This document shows, piece after piece, positions 11,301 through 20,064 of a DNA stretch of 64,000 nt. The DNA lies in the IMG/VR virus record IMGVR_UViG_3300023273_001138; one strand, given 5' to 3'. The DNA comes from an uncultured virus (IMG/VR IMGVR_UViG_3300023273_001138). Its lineage: Duplodnaviria > Heunggongvirae > Uroviricota > Caudoviricetes. The notes beneath the pieces are model-generated. The model saw only the letters and a program-made list of their open reading frames with translations, was not told the DNA's origin and ran no database searches. Made by a program: the position numbers and the translations under genes. Position 1 is the first letter of the stretch, and each line of letters starts with the position of its first letter.

Positions 11301-14300
11301 TTAAAAACAAACAATACAACTGGTAGTGGTGATTTATTCTCAACTGGTGTAACCAATAATGGTGAGGATAGTGGTTCAATCGTATTTACAGTTCCTCAAT
11401 CAGCTCCTGGTACACTTTACTATATTTCTGAAGAATCTTCTTCATTAAGTGGTAGTATTAGAGTTGCTGATAATCTTAATATAAATGAAAGAATTGCATT
11501 TGAAGGTAAGACTGAAGTTAGTGGTAATTTAGATGTATCACAAACTATTATCGCAAATGATGGTTCTATAACAAACGATTTAATTGTTGGTGATACAACA
11601 ACTACTGAAAAATTAGTAGCAAATCATATCACAGCATCTTCAATTACCGCATCTTATTTAGATTTCATTAATTTTGATAATGGAATTCAGAGTGTAGCTG
11701 GTAGATTGAAGTGGAACGAAACCGATGGTACTCTTGATTTAGGAATGAAGGGCAATGAAGCTACACTTCAATTAGGACAAGAATTATATTATCCGCCTGT
11801 TGTAAACAAAGATGGTAATAATCTAATCAATGGTACTTTAGTAATGGTTGACCCAGCTCAACCAGCACAAGGTAATAGAATTAGAGTAATAAAATCAGTA
11901 ACCGATGGAACTTACGCTGAGGATTTATTAGTTGGTATTCTTACCGAACCTATCGATAATAATCAAGAAGGATTTGTAACTTGGTTTGGATATGTAAGAG
12001 GAGTTCAGATAAACGCATTAGAATCGGGTTCTTTAAAAGATAGTGGTTCAGTTTGGGCAGAGGGTGATATTCTTTATGGAGACCCTCAAAGACCAGGTGG
12101 TTTAACAAATGTTCAACCTGAAGCTCCAAACTTAAAATCATCTATCGCTGTAGTTACTGCTAAGAATGGTAACAATGTAACATTATTGGTAAGACCTCAT
12201 TTGGGAGACCACTTATATGATTTACATGATGTACAAATTACTACATCTGATGCTATATTGGTTGATAGTGGTTCAATTAAATCCGATGATGGTGATTTAT
12301 TAGTTTGGAATAGTGGTTCTCAAAGATGGGAAAATACAAGAGAAAATTTAGAACTTAGTGGTTCATTCTCTGGTTCATTTGCTGGTGATGGTTCTCAATT
12401 AACCAACATTTCATTAGCAAACTTATCATTTGATGTAAATAGATTAGTAACCGGTTCAGTAACGGCATCGGTATCTAACGATGGTAAATTTGTAGTAGAA
12501 TCTACTGGTTCTGTTAGAACCGAACTTAGTGGTTCGTTATTTGTTTCTGAATCAATAGAAATTGGTGGTATCTATACTGGTGATGGTTCCGGTCTTACAA
12601 ATATCTCACTTGCTAACTTAGCATTTGATGTAGCACAAATCGTAACTGGTTCGGTAACTGCATCTACAAATGAAGATGGTAGATTCATTGTTGAGGACCC
12701 GTTTGGTGGAGTTAAATCTGAGTTTAGTGGTTCGGTTGAAATATCGCAATCCCTAAATGTAGGTGGTGTAATTAGTGGTGATGGTAGTGGTTTAACAAAT
12801 ATTTCAATCGCTAACTTAGCATTTGATGCTGATAGAATTGCTACGGGTTCTGTAACTGCATCTATTGATGAAAGTGGGTTCTTTAGAGTATTCTCTACAT
12901 CATCTGTAAAATCAGAATTTAGTGGTTCGGTATTTATATCAGAATCAATATCAGCATCTCTATTTGTAGGTGATGGTGGTGGATTATTTAACATTCCAGC
13001 GGAAGCACTTCAAGACTTAGAATTGGATAGAATCAAATCTGGTTCTGGTGAAGCTGTGATTGACCCAAATCAATTAACTGTAAATGTTCCATTATCGGCA
13101 TCTCTATTCAGAGGTGATGGTGGTGGATTATTCAATATCCCAGCGGAATCGTTGACAGATTTAGAATTAGATTTAATTACTTCTGGTTCAACATTCGCAC
13201 AAGTAAGTGATAACAACGGATTTGTAGTATTTGCACCTGAGAGTGGTTCACAATTAACTGGTTCATTATTCGTAAGTGGGGCAATCTCACTAATTAGTGG
13301 TTCATCATTTAGTGGTAGTGGTAGAAATCTATTTGATATTCCAGCGGATGCAATCTTTGATTTAGACCAAACTAGAATTACTTCTGGTTCGGTAACGGCA
13401 TCTGTATCACCTGTTCAAGGTTTCGTAGTAAACACTTCGGCATCTATTGAGGGTGATTTGACAGTTCAAAATGATATTACAGTAAACGATATTACTGCAA
13501 ACGATATTACCGCAAGTGTATTTAGAGGTGGTTTACTTTCTGGTTCATTTGAGGGAGCATATAGAGGTGAGGGTGATGCTGAAGATAGAGAAATTCTAAT
13601 ATTTGATGCGGCATCAAACAAATTTGTACCTGTACCTGAATCTACTCCAACTACAACCGAACCATTCTCAAATGCTACTGAAGTAACTATTGTTCATAAC
13701 TTTGATGTAGCATATCCAATAGTACAGGTTTATGAAACTGGTTCAAATGGAATGATTATTCCTTTAGCTATTGAATCTATTGATAATAATACTGTTAAAG
13801 TTAAGTTTAGTGGATTAACAAGTGGACAAATCGTTGTTGGTAGTGGTGGTTCTAAAATTAGTGGAGCAATAAGTGGTGATAATGTAATAGGAACAGTTAG
13901 TTCAGCATCATATGCTATATTCGCTGAAACTGCTGGAACTGCATCTTCGGTAGCTGGATTAGATTCAGCATCATTAGCAGCACTACAAGATTTAGAAAAC
14001 TTTGTAAGAAACGAACAAACGGCATCAATGACCGTTCTTTCTTCTTCATTCGCAATTACAGCATCTTACGCTGAAAATGCTGAAGTTAGTGTTGATTTAA
14101 GTGAATACATACAAAATAGCCAAACCTCTTCAATGAGTGTGGCTACATCATCATATTCATTATTTGCAGTAACCGCTTCATACGCATTAAATGCTGGTGC
14201 TGGTGGTGGTGGAACTGATTTATACATATTTGAAACTGGTTCAGTAGTAAATGGATTAGTAGGAAATATGAACTTTACTGGTTCTGGTGTTAGTGTAACA

Positions 14301-17300
14301 CCTTCTGGTTCAGATGGAGTATTGGTAGAAGTATTAAGTAACTCTACTGGTGATGGATTCCCATTCTCAGGAAAAGCTGAATTAAGTGGTAGTTTAAATG
14401 TAACTGGAAGTTTAGTTGTAACTGGTAGTGTATTCTTAGATTTAGAAACTGGTAGTTCCAATGATTTAGTAATCTATGATACAACTAATAAAAAATTACA
14501 AACTAAGAGTATAGCTGAAGTAGCTGGTACTTCTGGTACAACAGGTACTGCTGGTACATCTGGTACTGCTGGAACAACTGGTTCATCAGGTACAACTGGT
14601 TCTTCTGGTACATCTGGTATAGATGGTACTTCTGGAACATCAGGTACTGATGGAACTTCAGGTAGTTCTGGTACAACTGGTTCTTCTGGTACAACTGGTT
14701 CAGCGGGGACATCTGGTTCTTCTGGAACCTCAGGTTCAGATGGTACTTCTGGTTCTTCTGGAACTTCGGGTTCATCTGGTTCAAGTGGAAGTAGTGGTAC
14801 TACTGGTAGTAGTGGTACAACTGGTTCAGCGGGGACATCTGGTTCTTCTGGAACTTCTGGGACAAGTGGAAGTAGTGGTACTTCTGGTTCAACTGGTACT
14901 GCTGGAACATCGGGTACTTCTGGGACAAGTGGAAGTAGTGGTTCAAGTGGAACATCTGGTATCGAAGGTGGTGGAATGTTTGTGGTTAGAAGTAATGGGT
15001 TTGTATATAATATAGATGGTACTTCTGGAGATTTCCCAACCCTAACAGTGGTAAGAGGGGAATTATTCTACTTTGATGTAAGTAATGTAAGTTCATCGCA
15101 TCCATTCGCATTGAGATTGGCAGATGGTAATACATCAGCAGTTCCGGGTACTACAAACAATGACCCAACAAACGGAAATCATAGTACAAATGTATTAATA
15201 AAATATAGAGTACCTGAAAATGCACCTGATAGTATAGTTTATCAATGTGCTATTCATTCATCAATGATTGGTACTATTGAGATAGTAGATAAAAATGGTT
15301 CTTCTGGTACATCGGCAACTTCTGGTACTTCTGGAACAAGCGGAACATCAGGAACATCAGGTACTTCTGGTACTGATGGTTCGACCGGGTCTGCTGGTAC
15401 ATCTGGTACTGCTGGAACAACTGGTTCATCAGGTACAACTGGTTCATTTGGTACATCGGGTAGTAGTGGAACACGTGGTACATCGGGAACATCTGGTACT
15501 GATGGTTCTACTGGTTCAGCGGGTTCTACTGGTTCAGCTGGTTCATCGGGTACAACTGGTTCAACAGGTACTTCGGGCTCTTCTGGTTCAAGTGGTACTT
15601 CTGGAACTTCAGGTACCGATGGTTCAACTGGTAGTGGGGGTACATCTGGTTCTTCTGGTTCAGCTGGAACTTCTGGAACAAGTGGTACATCCGGCTCAGC
15701 TGGTACATCAGGTACTTCTGGTTCTGCTGGTACATCGGGTAGTAGTGGAAGTAGTGGTTCAACTGGTTCAAGTGGTACAACTGGTTCAGAGGGAACTTCA
15801 GGTTCTTCGGGTACATCTGGAACTTCTGGTTCATCGGGCTCAAGTGGAAGTAGTGGAAGTAGTGGTTCGACAGGTTCGGCTGGTACAAGTGGTATAGGTA
15901 CTGATGGAACTTCGGGTTCTTCTGGTACAAATGGAACATCAGGTAGTAGTGGTACATCTTCAACTTCTGGAACTTCGGGTTCAACGGGTTCAAGTGGTAC
16001 AACTGGTTCTGAAGGAACAAGTGGAACTTCGGGCACATCAGGCACTGCTGGTACTTCTGGTTCTTCTTCAACTTCTGGTACAAGCGGAAGTAGTGGAACT
16101 TCAGCAACTTCTGGAACAAGCGGTACAAGTGGTACAAGTGGAACATCTGGTAGTGATGGTTCGACAGGTTCTGCTGGTTCTGCTGGTTCATCGGGTTCAT
16201 CTGGAACAAGCGGTAGTAGTGGTACAAGTGGGGCACAAGGTACAAGCGGTTCTGCTGGTACAAGTGGTTCAAGTGGTACATCTGGTGAGCAAGGAACTTC
16301 GGGTTCAGCTGGTACGTCTGGTTCTACTGGTTCAGCTGGTACAACAGGTTCTGCTGGTAGTACTGGTTCAGCTGGTACTTCTGGAACAAGTGGTACTTCT
16401 GGTTCTGATGGTACATCTGGAACGAGTGGCTTAGATGGAACTGCTGGTACAAGTGGTAGTAGTGGAACTTCAGGTTCAACTGGTTCTGCTGGTACATCTG
16501 GAACTTCAGGAACAAATGGAACATCAGGTACTTCTGGTACTGATGGTACATCGGGAACTTCTGGAACAACAGGTTCAGCTGGTTCATCGGGTACATCAGG
16601 TTCATCTGGTGAGAGTGGAAGTAGTGGAACATCTGGTACTGATGGAAGTAGTGGAACTTCCGGCTCCGATGGAACATCGGGTACAACCGGAACTGCGGGT
16701 ACGTCTGGTAGTGGAGGAACAACAGGTTCAGCTGGAACTTCTGGAACAAGCGCAACTTCAGGAACTTCTGGAACAAGTGGTACATCTGGCTCATCAGGTT
16801 CAGCTGGTTCAGCTGGTTCAACTGGAACTGCTGGTAGTGGAGGTACATCAGGTACATCAGCTGAAGGTAGTAGTGGAACAAGTGGTACAACTGGAACTGG
16901 CGGAACAAGTGGTACAACAGGTAGTGGAGGAACTTCTGGAACTTCGGGTTCAGCAGGTTCAACTGGAACGGGTGGTACATCAGGTACATCAGCTGAGGGG
17001 ACTTCAGGTTCAGCGGGTACATCTGGTACAAATGGAACAAGTGGAACTTCAGGTACGGATGGAACTTCTGGTTCAACTGGAACTGCTGGTAGTGGTGGTT
17101 CTTCTGGTACATCAGCTGAAGGAAGTAGTGGTACATCTGGAACATCTGGAATCAATGGAACAAGTGGTAGTGCTGGTACATCAGGTTCTTCATCAACTTC
17201 TGGAACATCTGGAACGAGTGGTTTAGATGGAACATTCTTTGGTAGTAGTGGAACAAGTGGTACGGGCGGTTCAGCTGGTACATCAGGAGCTGGTACTGAT

Positions 17301-19154
17301 GGTTCAGCGGGTACATCAGGTTCTTCTGGAACGAGTGGTTTAGATGGTACTTTCTTTGGTAGTAGTGGAACAAGCGGAACTTCAGCAACATCTGGCTCAT
17401 CTGGTTCATCAGGAACATCTGGTTTAACTGGAACTTCTGGTAGTACAGGTTCATCGGGTACATCAGCTGAAGGTACTTCAGGTTCTTCTGGTACAAGTGG
17501 TGCTGGGACATCTGGAACATCTGGAATCAATGGAACAAGCGGTTCAACTGGAACTGCTGGTACTTCTGGATTAGATGGTACTTTCTTTGGTAGTAGTGGA
17601 ACAACAGGTACTGGGGGTACTTCTGGTACTTCTGGAGCTGGTACTTCTGGTACTTCTGGTTTTGATGGTATAAATGGTACAGCTGGCACAAGCGGTGTTG
17701 ATGGTACATTTTTTGGTACTAGTGGTACAACTGGTACATCAGGTTCTTCTGGTTCGACTGGTACATCAGGTACAAGTGGTTTAGGTTCATCGGGTACTTC
17801 TGGTTTAGATGGCACTTTCTTCGGTTCAGCAGGTACTTCTGGTACATCTGGTGCTGGTACAAGCGGAAGTAGTGGTACAACTGGTACTTCGGGTTCTTCT
17901 GGTTTAGATGGAACTAACTTTGGTTCAGCTGGTACATCAGGTACTTCTGGTTCAACTGGAACTTCAGGTTCGGCTGGTACTTCTGGTTCGACTGGTACAT
18001 CAGGTACAAGTGGTTTAGATGGAACTAACTTTGGTTCATCAGGTACTTCTGGTGTAACTGGTACTTCTGGAACAACAGGTACTGATGGTTCATCTGGAAC
18101 TTCTGGTTCTTCTGGTTTAGATGGTACAAATTTTGGTTCGGCAGGTTCATCAGGTACTTCTGGTATAACTGGTTCTTCAGGAACATCTGGTTCTGGTACT
18201 TCGGGTACTTCTGGATTGGGTACTAATGGTACATCAGGTACATCAGCTGAAGGTAGTAGTGGTTCTTCGGGTACATCAGGAGCTGGTACAGATGGTTCTG
18301 CTGGTAGTACTGGTTCAGCTGGTACTTCTGGAACAAGTGGTACTTCTGGTTTAAATGGAACATTCTTCGGAAGTAGTGGTACATCGGCAACTTCTGGAAC
18401 AACAGGTACTGATGGTTCATCTGGAACTGCTGGTTCTTCTGGTACAAGTGGATTAAATGGAACATTCTTCGGAAGTAGTGGTTCATCGGGTACAACTGGA
18501 ACTGGTGGTACTTCGGGTGTAAGTGGTTCAGATGGAACATCTGGACTTGGTAGCAGTGGTACATCGGGTACTTCTGCGATAGGTTCATCTGGAACTGGTG
18601 GTACATCGGGTACTTCTGGAGTTGATGCAACCGGAACCGCTGGTACATCGGGTACTTCTGGAGCTGGTACTTCTGGTACTTCTGGATTACTTGAGTTAAA
18701 TGGTGTAACACCAAATGGTGTAATTACCTATAATGGTACTGGAAATGAAGCAACTGTTGAGAGTAATCTTATTTATGATGGAGTTACATTAGAAGTACCA
18801 CAAATATCAGGTTCAGTTTATATTGAATCAAAAATCTTTATTGAACTTTATAAAGATTTAGGAGCTGGTGCCAATGTAACAATCGATTTAGAACAAGGAA
18901 ATAACTTCGAATATGAAGTAAATAATAACTGTACATTTACATTCTCAAACCCACCAGGAAATCCAAAAGCATTTGGATTCACATTGGTGATAGAAAATGG
19001 TGGAGCATTTACAGTAAGTTGGCCAACTGGAGTATTGTGGGCAAATGGTAACGCACCAACGCTAACAACATCTGGTAAAGATATCTTAGTATTCTATACT
19101 TATGATACGGGAACAACTTATTATGGTTTCCTAAGTGCAGCAAATATGAGTTAA
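5382..19154 (+). CDS. Giant (4590 aa) fibre/virion appendage protein with SGS-rich repeats, three cupredoxin-like domains and a long Gly-X-Y (G/S/T) region
   Basis: Single ORF with about 25-30 F(S)GSGxGLFDIPxSAL...ASGSVTASV units, H...CxxHxxM motifs, >1000 aa of GTS/GSS triplets and a C-terminal WPxxVxWxxGxAPTLT...DILVF fibre-tip-type domain. Confidence 0.75.
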   Translation: MGQLLSGKVKVTRPQDVSLDRYQYLSLSEAEPNLGVPESGSISSGSFALVASDDAGNRLFVTKIQLEEFSGSFSGSFQGDGSQLTNLPLVEDASRLISGSASASISPQTGFLVNTSGSFDGGLTVDGNGRFTGDLVVDNKIVAREILVEFISSSIFFSSGSNKFGDELTDRQEFTGSVEITGSLTTDGVVEIPFDSAGFFSGSGEGLTNIPRSALTEDALVTNKITSGSVTASVDPQRGFILEDTEGDVKAEFSGSVFVSSSVSASIFSGSGAGLFDIPRSALTEDALVTNKITSGSVTASVSPDEGFKVESLESGSQITGSIKVSGSITLADGESYSGSGANLFDIPLSALSTETLIATSLESGSVTASVSPDEGFKVESLESGSQITGSIRISGSITLSDGETYSGSGADLFDIPRSALTEDALVTNQITSGSVTASVSPQGFFKVESTGSVKTELSGSLFVSGGISGSFFSGSGAGLFDIPLSALAEEVVAATKIQDGNVTASVDEQNGFIVISEASGSQFTGSLFVSGGVTLEDGIYTGDGSGLFNIPISNLAGDSPRIASGSATASVDPEDGFKFFGADRAEFSSSLFVSESIEAKEISGSFSGSGANLFDIPESALSFEISKITSGSVTASVDAEDGFVVTSIASGSTFFGEVRVESGSSYSGSGAKLFDIPVAAIVDLDTSLIFSGSITASTNPEDGFVVTSIESGSTFFGDVKLSSGSVFSGSGRDLFDIPRSALTEDALLSSFIASGSVTASVSPVFGFRLEGTNRAEFSSSVFVESGVSASVFSGSGAGLTDIPESALAFDINKISSGSATASISPNEGFVVNTFSKFEFPVSASMFSGSGAGLFDIPQSALTEEAFRIASGSATASVSPNLGFVVNTSSLFEQDVRIDSDLVVTGRITTNELYTNFISSSIVYSSGSNIFGDSAEDKQTLIGETEIVGNVTASGIISSSFEGDGSRLFNIPLNALSEEAFRIASGSVSASLLYKSGSDEPSLFRVEDTTRKEIRTELSGSLGVSGSLSASMFSGSGEGLFDIPRSALAPDALLSNLIATGSITASLNPNGGMNVNTFTTITGGLFVKAEQTPGQAEVSLIELGDTTRISGSLFISESVTASLFQGDGSGLFNIPAAQLSGDSPRIASGSATASISPNLGFQVNVPATFDSSISASTTIFAKDVEVTDDVTADRFIGNEVSGAFSGSGRDLFDIPRSALTEDALLTNNITSGSITASVIVVPPESGSNIFRVEDSTGTTKSEFSGSVFVSESITSKFFIGDGSQLTNVQAEESPVIASGSATASVESGEFFIVNAGSGSQFTSSIDITGSVVISNDLTASKINVDELDATIITSEEFTGSFSGSFAGDGSQLNNIPFTSLSGDAPRIGSGSVTASTDPDRGFVVESLDSGSLFTGSLFVSGNVQINDGIFKGDGAGLFNIPQSALAEDSPRIASGSVTASVSPNLGFVVNTSGSIQGDLTIDNDLYVSGAINARELNVTFIDSVVITSSGSNTFGNSLDNRQEFTGSVFVTNSLDVDGVITGDGSGLFNIPQSALTEEAFRIASGSVSASVTPERGFFVESTESGSEFTGSVKISGSLDVNEGFKVGTDITASEGTVSASFFVGDGSQLTNLPAAEFAEEAKRIASGSATASISPNLGFVVNTTTNLEDDVRITGSFIVSSSNGFVDTGSINTTFNVINEGSSAYRFSGGVVGDNPTITIVRGLTYTFNVNAPSHPFYIKTQNSDGTEFEYSGSVITNNGTENGTITWIVSGSAPNTLYYNCENHLAMAGEFNIVDEIPLYGQIDLIGDTEVVGNLNITGSTFVTGNLDVSNTITANEVSASKFLGDFSGSFSGSGRDLFNIPLSALAEDVLPRSFIASGSVTASVSPNNGFEVNSSASIEGNLKVIGDTFVTGGLVISSSITEVEAVSQSFYITFNADSSSYLVDSVEEPTLTLVRGIEYTFNVNTPNYNFYLKTNNTTGSGDLFSTGVTNNGEDSGSIVFTVPQSAPGTLYYISEESSSLSGSIRVADNLNINERIAFEGKTEVSGNLDVSQTIIANDGSITNDLIVGDTTTTEKLVANHITASSITASYLDFINFDNGIQSVAGRLKWNETDGTLDLGMKGNEATLQLGQELYYPPVVNKDGNNLINGTLVMVDPAQPAQGNRIRVIKSVTDGTYAEDLLVGILTEPIDNNQEGFVTWFGYVRGVQINALESGSLKDSGSVWAEGDILYGDPQRPGGLTNVQPEAPNLKSSIAVVTAKNGNNVTLLVRPHLGDHLYDLHDVQITTSDAILVDSGSIKSDDGDLLVWNSGSQRWENTRENLELSGSFSGSFAGDGSQLTNISLANLSFDVNRLVTGSVTASVSNDGKFVVESTGSVRTELSGSLFVSESIEIGGIYTGDGSGLTNISLANLAFDVAQIVTGSVTASTNEDGRFIVEDPFGGVKSEFSGSVEISQSLNVGGVISGDGSGLTNISIANLAFDADRIATGSVTASIDESGFFRVFSTSSVKSEFSGSVFISESISASLFVGDGGGLFNIPAEALQDLELDRIKSGSGEAVIDPNQLTVNVPLSASLFRGDGGGLFNIPAESLTDLELDLITSGSTFAQVSDNNGFVVFAPESGSQLTGSLFVSGAISLISGSSFSGSGRNLFDIPADAIFDLDQTRITSGSVTASVSPVQGFVVNTSASIEGDLTVQNDITVNDITANDITASVFRGGLLSGSFEGAYRGEGDAEDREILIFDAASNKFVPVPESTPTTTEPFSNATEVTIVHNFDVAYPIVQVYETGSNGMIIPLAIESIDNNTVKVKFSGLTSGQIVVGSGGSKISGAISGDNVIGTVSSASYAIFAETAGTASSVAGLDSASLAALQDLENFVRNEQTASMTVLSSSFAITASYAENAEVSVDLSEYIQNSQTSSMSVATSSYSLFAVTASYALNAGAGGGGTDLYIFETGSVVNGLVGNMNFTGSGVSVTPSGSDGVLVEVLSNSTGDGFPFSGKAELSGSLNVTGSLVVTGSVFLDLETGSSNDLVIYDTTNKKLQTKSIAEVAGTSGTTGTAGTSGTAGTTGSSGTTGSSGTSGIDGTSGTSGTDGTSGSSGTTGSSGTTGSAGTSGSSGTSGSDGTSGSSGTSGSSGSSGSSGTTGSSGTTGSAGTSGSSGTSGTSGSSGTSGSTGTAGTSGTSGTSGSSGSSGTSGIEGGGMFVVRSNGFVYNIDGTSGDFPTLTVVRGELFYFDVSNVSSSHPFALRLADGNTSAVPGTTNNDPTNGNHSTNVLIKYRVPENAPDSIVYQCAIHSSMIGTIEIVDKNGSSGTSATSGTSGTSGTSGTSGTSGTDGSTGSAGTSGTAGTTGSSGTTGSFGTSGSSGTRGTSGTSGTDGSTGSAGSTGSAGSSGTTGSTGTSGSSGSSGTSGTSGTDGSTGSGGTSGSSGSAGTSGTSGTSGSAGTSGTSGSAGTSGSSGSSGSTGSSGTTGSEGTSGSSGTSGTSGSSGSSGSSGSSGSTGSAGTSGIGTDGTSGSSGTNGTSGSSGTSSTSGTSGSTGSSGTTGSEGTSGTSGTSGTAGTSGSSSTSGTSGSSGTSATSGTSGTSGTSGTSGSDGSTGSAGSAGSSGSSGTSGSSGTSGAQGTSGSAGTSGSSGTSGEQGTSGSAGTSGSTGSAGTTGSAGSTGSAGTSGTSGTSGSDGTSGTSGLDGTAGTSGSSGTSGSTGSAGTSGTSGTNGTSGTSGTDGTSGTSGTTGSAGSSGTSGSSGESGSSGTSGTDGSSGTSGSDGTSGTTGTAGTSGSGGTTGSAGTSGTSATSGTSGTSGTSGSSGSAGSAGSTGTAGSGGTSGTSAEGSSGTSGTTGTGGTSGTTGSGGTSGTSGSAGSTGTGGTSGTSAEGTSGSAGTSGTNGTSGTSGTDGTSGSTGTAGSGGSSGTSAEGSSGTSGTSGINGTSGSAGTSGSSSTSGTSGTSGLDGTFFGSSGTSGTGGSAGTSGAGTDGSAGTSGSSGTSGLDGTFFGSSGTSGTSATSGSSGSSGTSGLTGTSGSTGSSGTSAEGTSGSSGTSGAGTSGTSGINGTSGSTGTAGTSGLDGTFFGSSGTTGTGGTSGTSGAGTSGTSGFDGINGTAGTSGVDGTFFGTSGTTGTSGSSGSTGTSGTSGLGSSGTSGLDGTFFGSAGTSGTSGAGTSGSSGTTGTSGSSGLDGTNFGSAGTSGTSGSTGTSGSAGTSGSTGTSGTSGLDGTNFGSSGTSGVTGTSGTTGTDGSSGTSGSSGLDGTNFGSAGSSGTSGITGSSGTSGSGTSGTSGLGTNGTSGTSAEGSSGSSGTSGAGTDGSAGSTGSAGTSGTSGTSGLNGTFFGSSGTSATSGTTGTDGSSGTAGSSGTSGLNGTFFGSSGSSGTTGTGGTSGVSGSDGTSGLGSSGTSGTSAIGSSGTGGTSGTSGVDATGTAGTSGTSGAGTSGTSGLLELNGVTPNGVITYNGTGNEATVESNLIYDGVTLEVPQISGSVYIESKIFIELYKDLGAGANVTIDLEQGNNFEYEVNNNCTFTFSNPPGNPKAFGFTLVIENGGAFTVSWPTGVLWANGNAPTLTTSGKDILVFYTYDTGTTYYGFLSAANMS
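5600..13500 (+). repeat. Intragenic ~60-70 aa repeats (GSGxGLFxIPxxAL / IxSGSVTASV)
   Basis: Visible in the translation; near-identical nucleotide copies at about 6264-6334 and 6471-6541 (207-nt offset). Confidence 0.9.
14521..18685 (+). repeat. Low-complexity Gly-X-Y triplet region (X,Y mostly Ser/Thr/Ala), interrupted at about 14970-15295
   Basis: 9-nt periodic GGN-WCN-WSN pattern; translation GTSGTTGTAGTSG... Confidence 0.95.
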
Positions 19155-19170
19155 CAAATAGTTATATAAA

Positions 19171-20052
19171 ATGGGAATAGCAAGAAGATTAACAAGTGTA
19201 ACAGGAGGAGAATTGGAATCATTTATTTTTAGAATAGTAACAACTTCGGCAAATCAAACATATGAATTGCCTATCGCCGATTATGGGAGTAATACACCTA
19301 ATTTTACAGTAAATTGGGATGATGGTACTGATAATGTAATACAATCTTCATCTGATGTGAATAAATTACATACTTTTAGTTCAGCCGGTACTTATGATAT
19401 TGAATTAAATGGAACTGTACCTTCTTTTAAGGTAGATAACAATTCCTTATATAGAAGTTTATATACAGCGGTTATTTCTTGGGGTCAATGCTCATTTAGA
19501 ACTATAAACTTTCATGGTTGTAATAATTTAACATCATTACCAACTACTGATTTTGAAGGATTAAGTACTATATTTAATTTGGATAACTTTTTAAGAAGTA
19601 GTGGTATAACAACACTACCAACTGGTTTATTAGATTATATGGTAAATGTAACATCTTTGGTAGATAGTTTTTCGTTTATGCAAATATCATCAATTCCAAG
19701 TGGATTTTTTGATAGTTGTACTCAAATAACATCATTCAACTCCACATTTAACCAATGTTTTAGTTTAAGTGCTATTCCATCTGGGTTATTTGATAATAAT
19801 ACAAATGTAACCAACTTTTCATCAACATTTAAAAGTTGTACATCAATTGGTTCAATCCCAACGGGATTATTCGATAATTGCACATCAGTTACAACATTTT
19901 TCTCAGTATTTAGAATGCCAACAACTTCTAATTCATTAGTTGGAAATGCTCCAGAACTTTGGACTAGAAATCCAGTTCCGTTGGGATTATATGCATTTAG
20001 AAATGCAACGGGATTAAGTAATTACGCATCAATACCAGCAAATTGGAAATAA
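19171..20052 (+). CDS. PKD-like domain plus BspA/DUF285-like leucine-rich-repeat protein (putative adhesin or fibre-associated)
   Basis: VNWDDGT...HTFSSAGTYDIEL (PKD-like) followed by ~25-aa IPSGLFDNCTxVTxFxSTF repeats. Confidence 0.7.
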   Translation: MGIARRLTSVTGGELESFIFRIVTTSANQTYELPIADYGSNTPNFTVNWDDGTDNVIQSSSDVNKLHTFSSAGTYDIELNGTVPSFKVDNNSLYRSLYTAVISWGQCSFRTINFHGCNNLTSLPTTDFEGLSTIFNLDNFLRSSGITTLPTGLLDYMVNVTSLVDSFSFMQISSIPSGFFDSCTQITSFNSTFNQCFSLSAIPSGLFDNNTNVTNFSSTFKSCTSIGSIPTGLFDNCTSVTTFFSVFRMPTTSNSLVGNAPELWTRNPVPLGLYAFRNATGLSNYASIPANWK

Positions 20053-20064
20053 AAATATAAAGTT

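Noticed and set aside
15254..17815. 853-aa Pro/Val/Glu-rich minus-strand ORF and overlapping alternative-frame ORFs
   Set aside because: Antisense shadow of the Gly/Ser/Thr codons; confined to the repeat and without expression signals.
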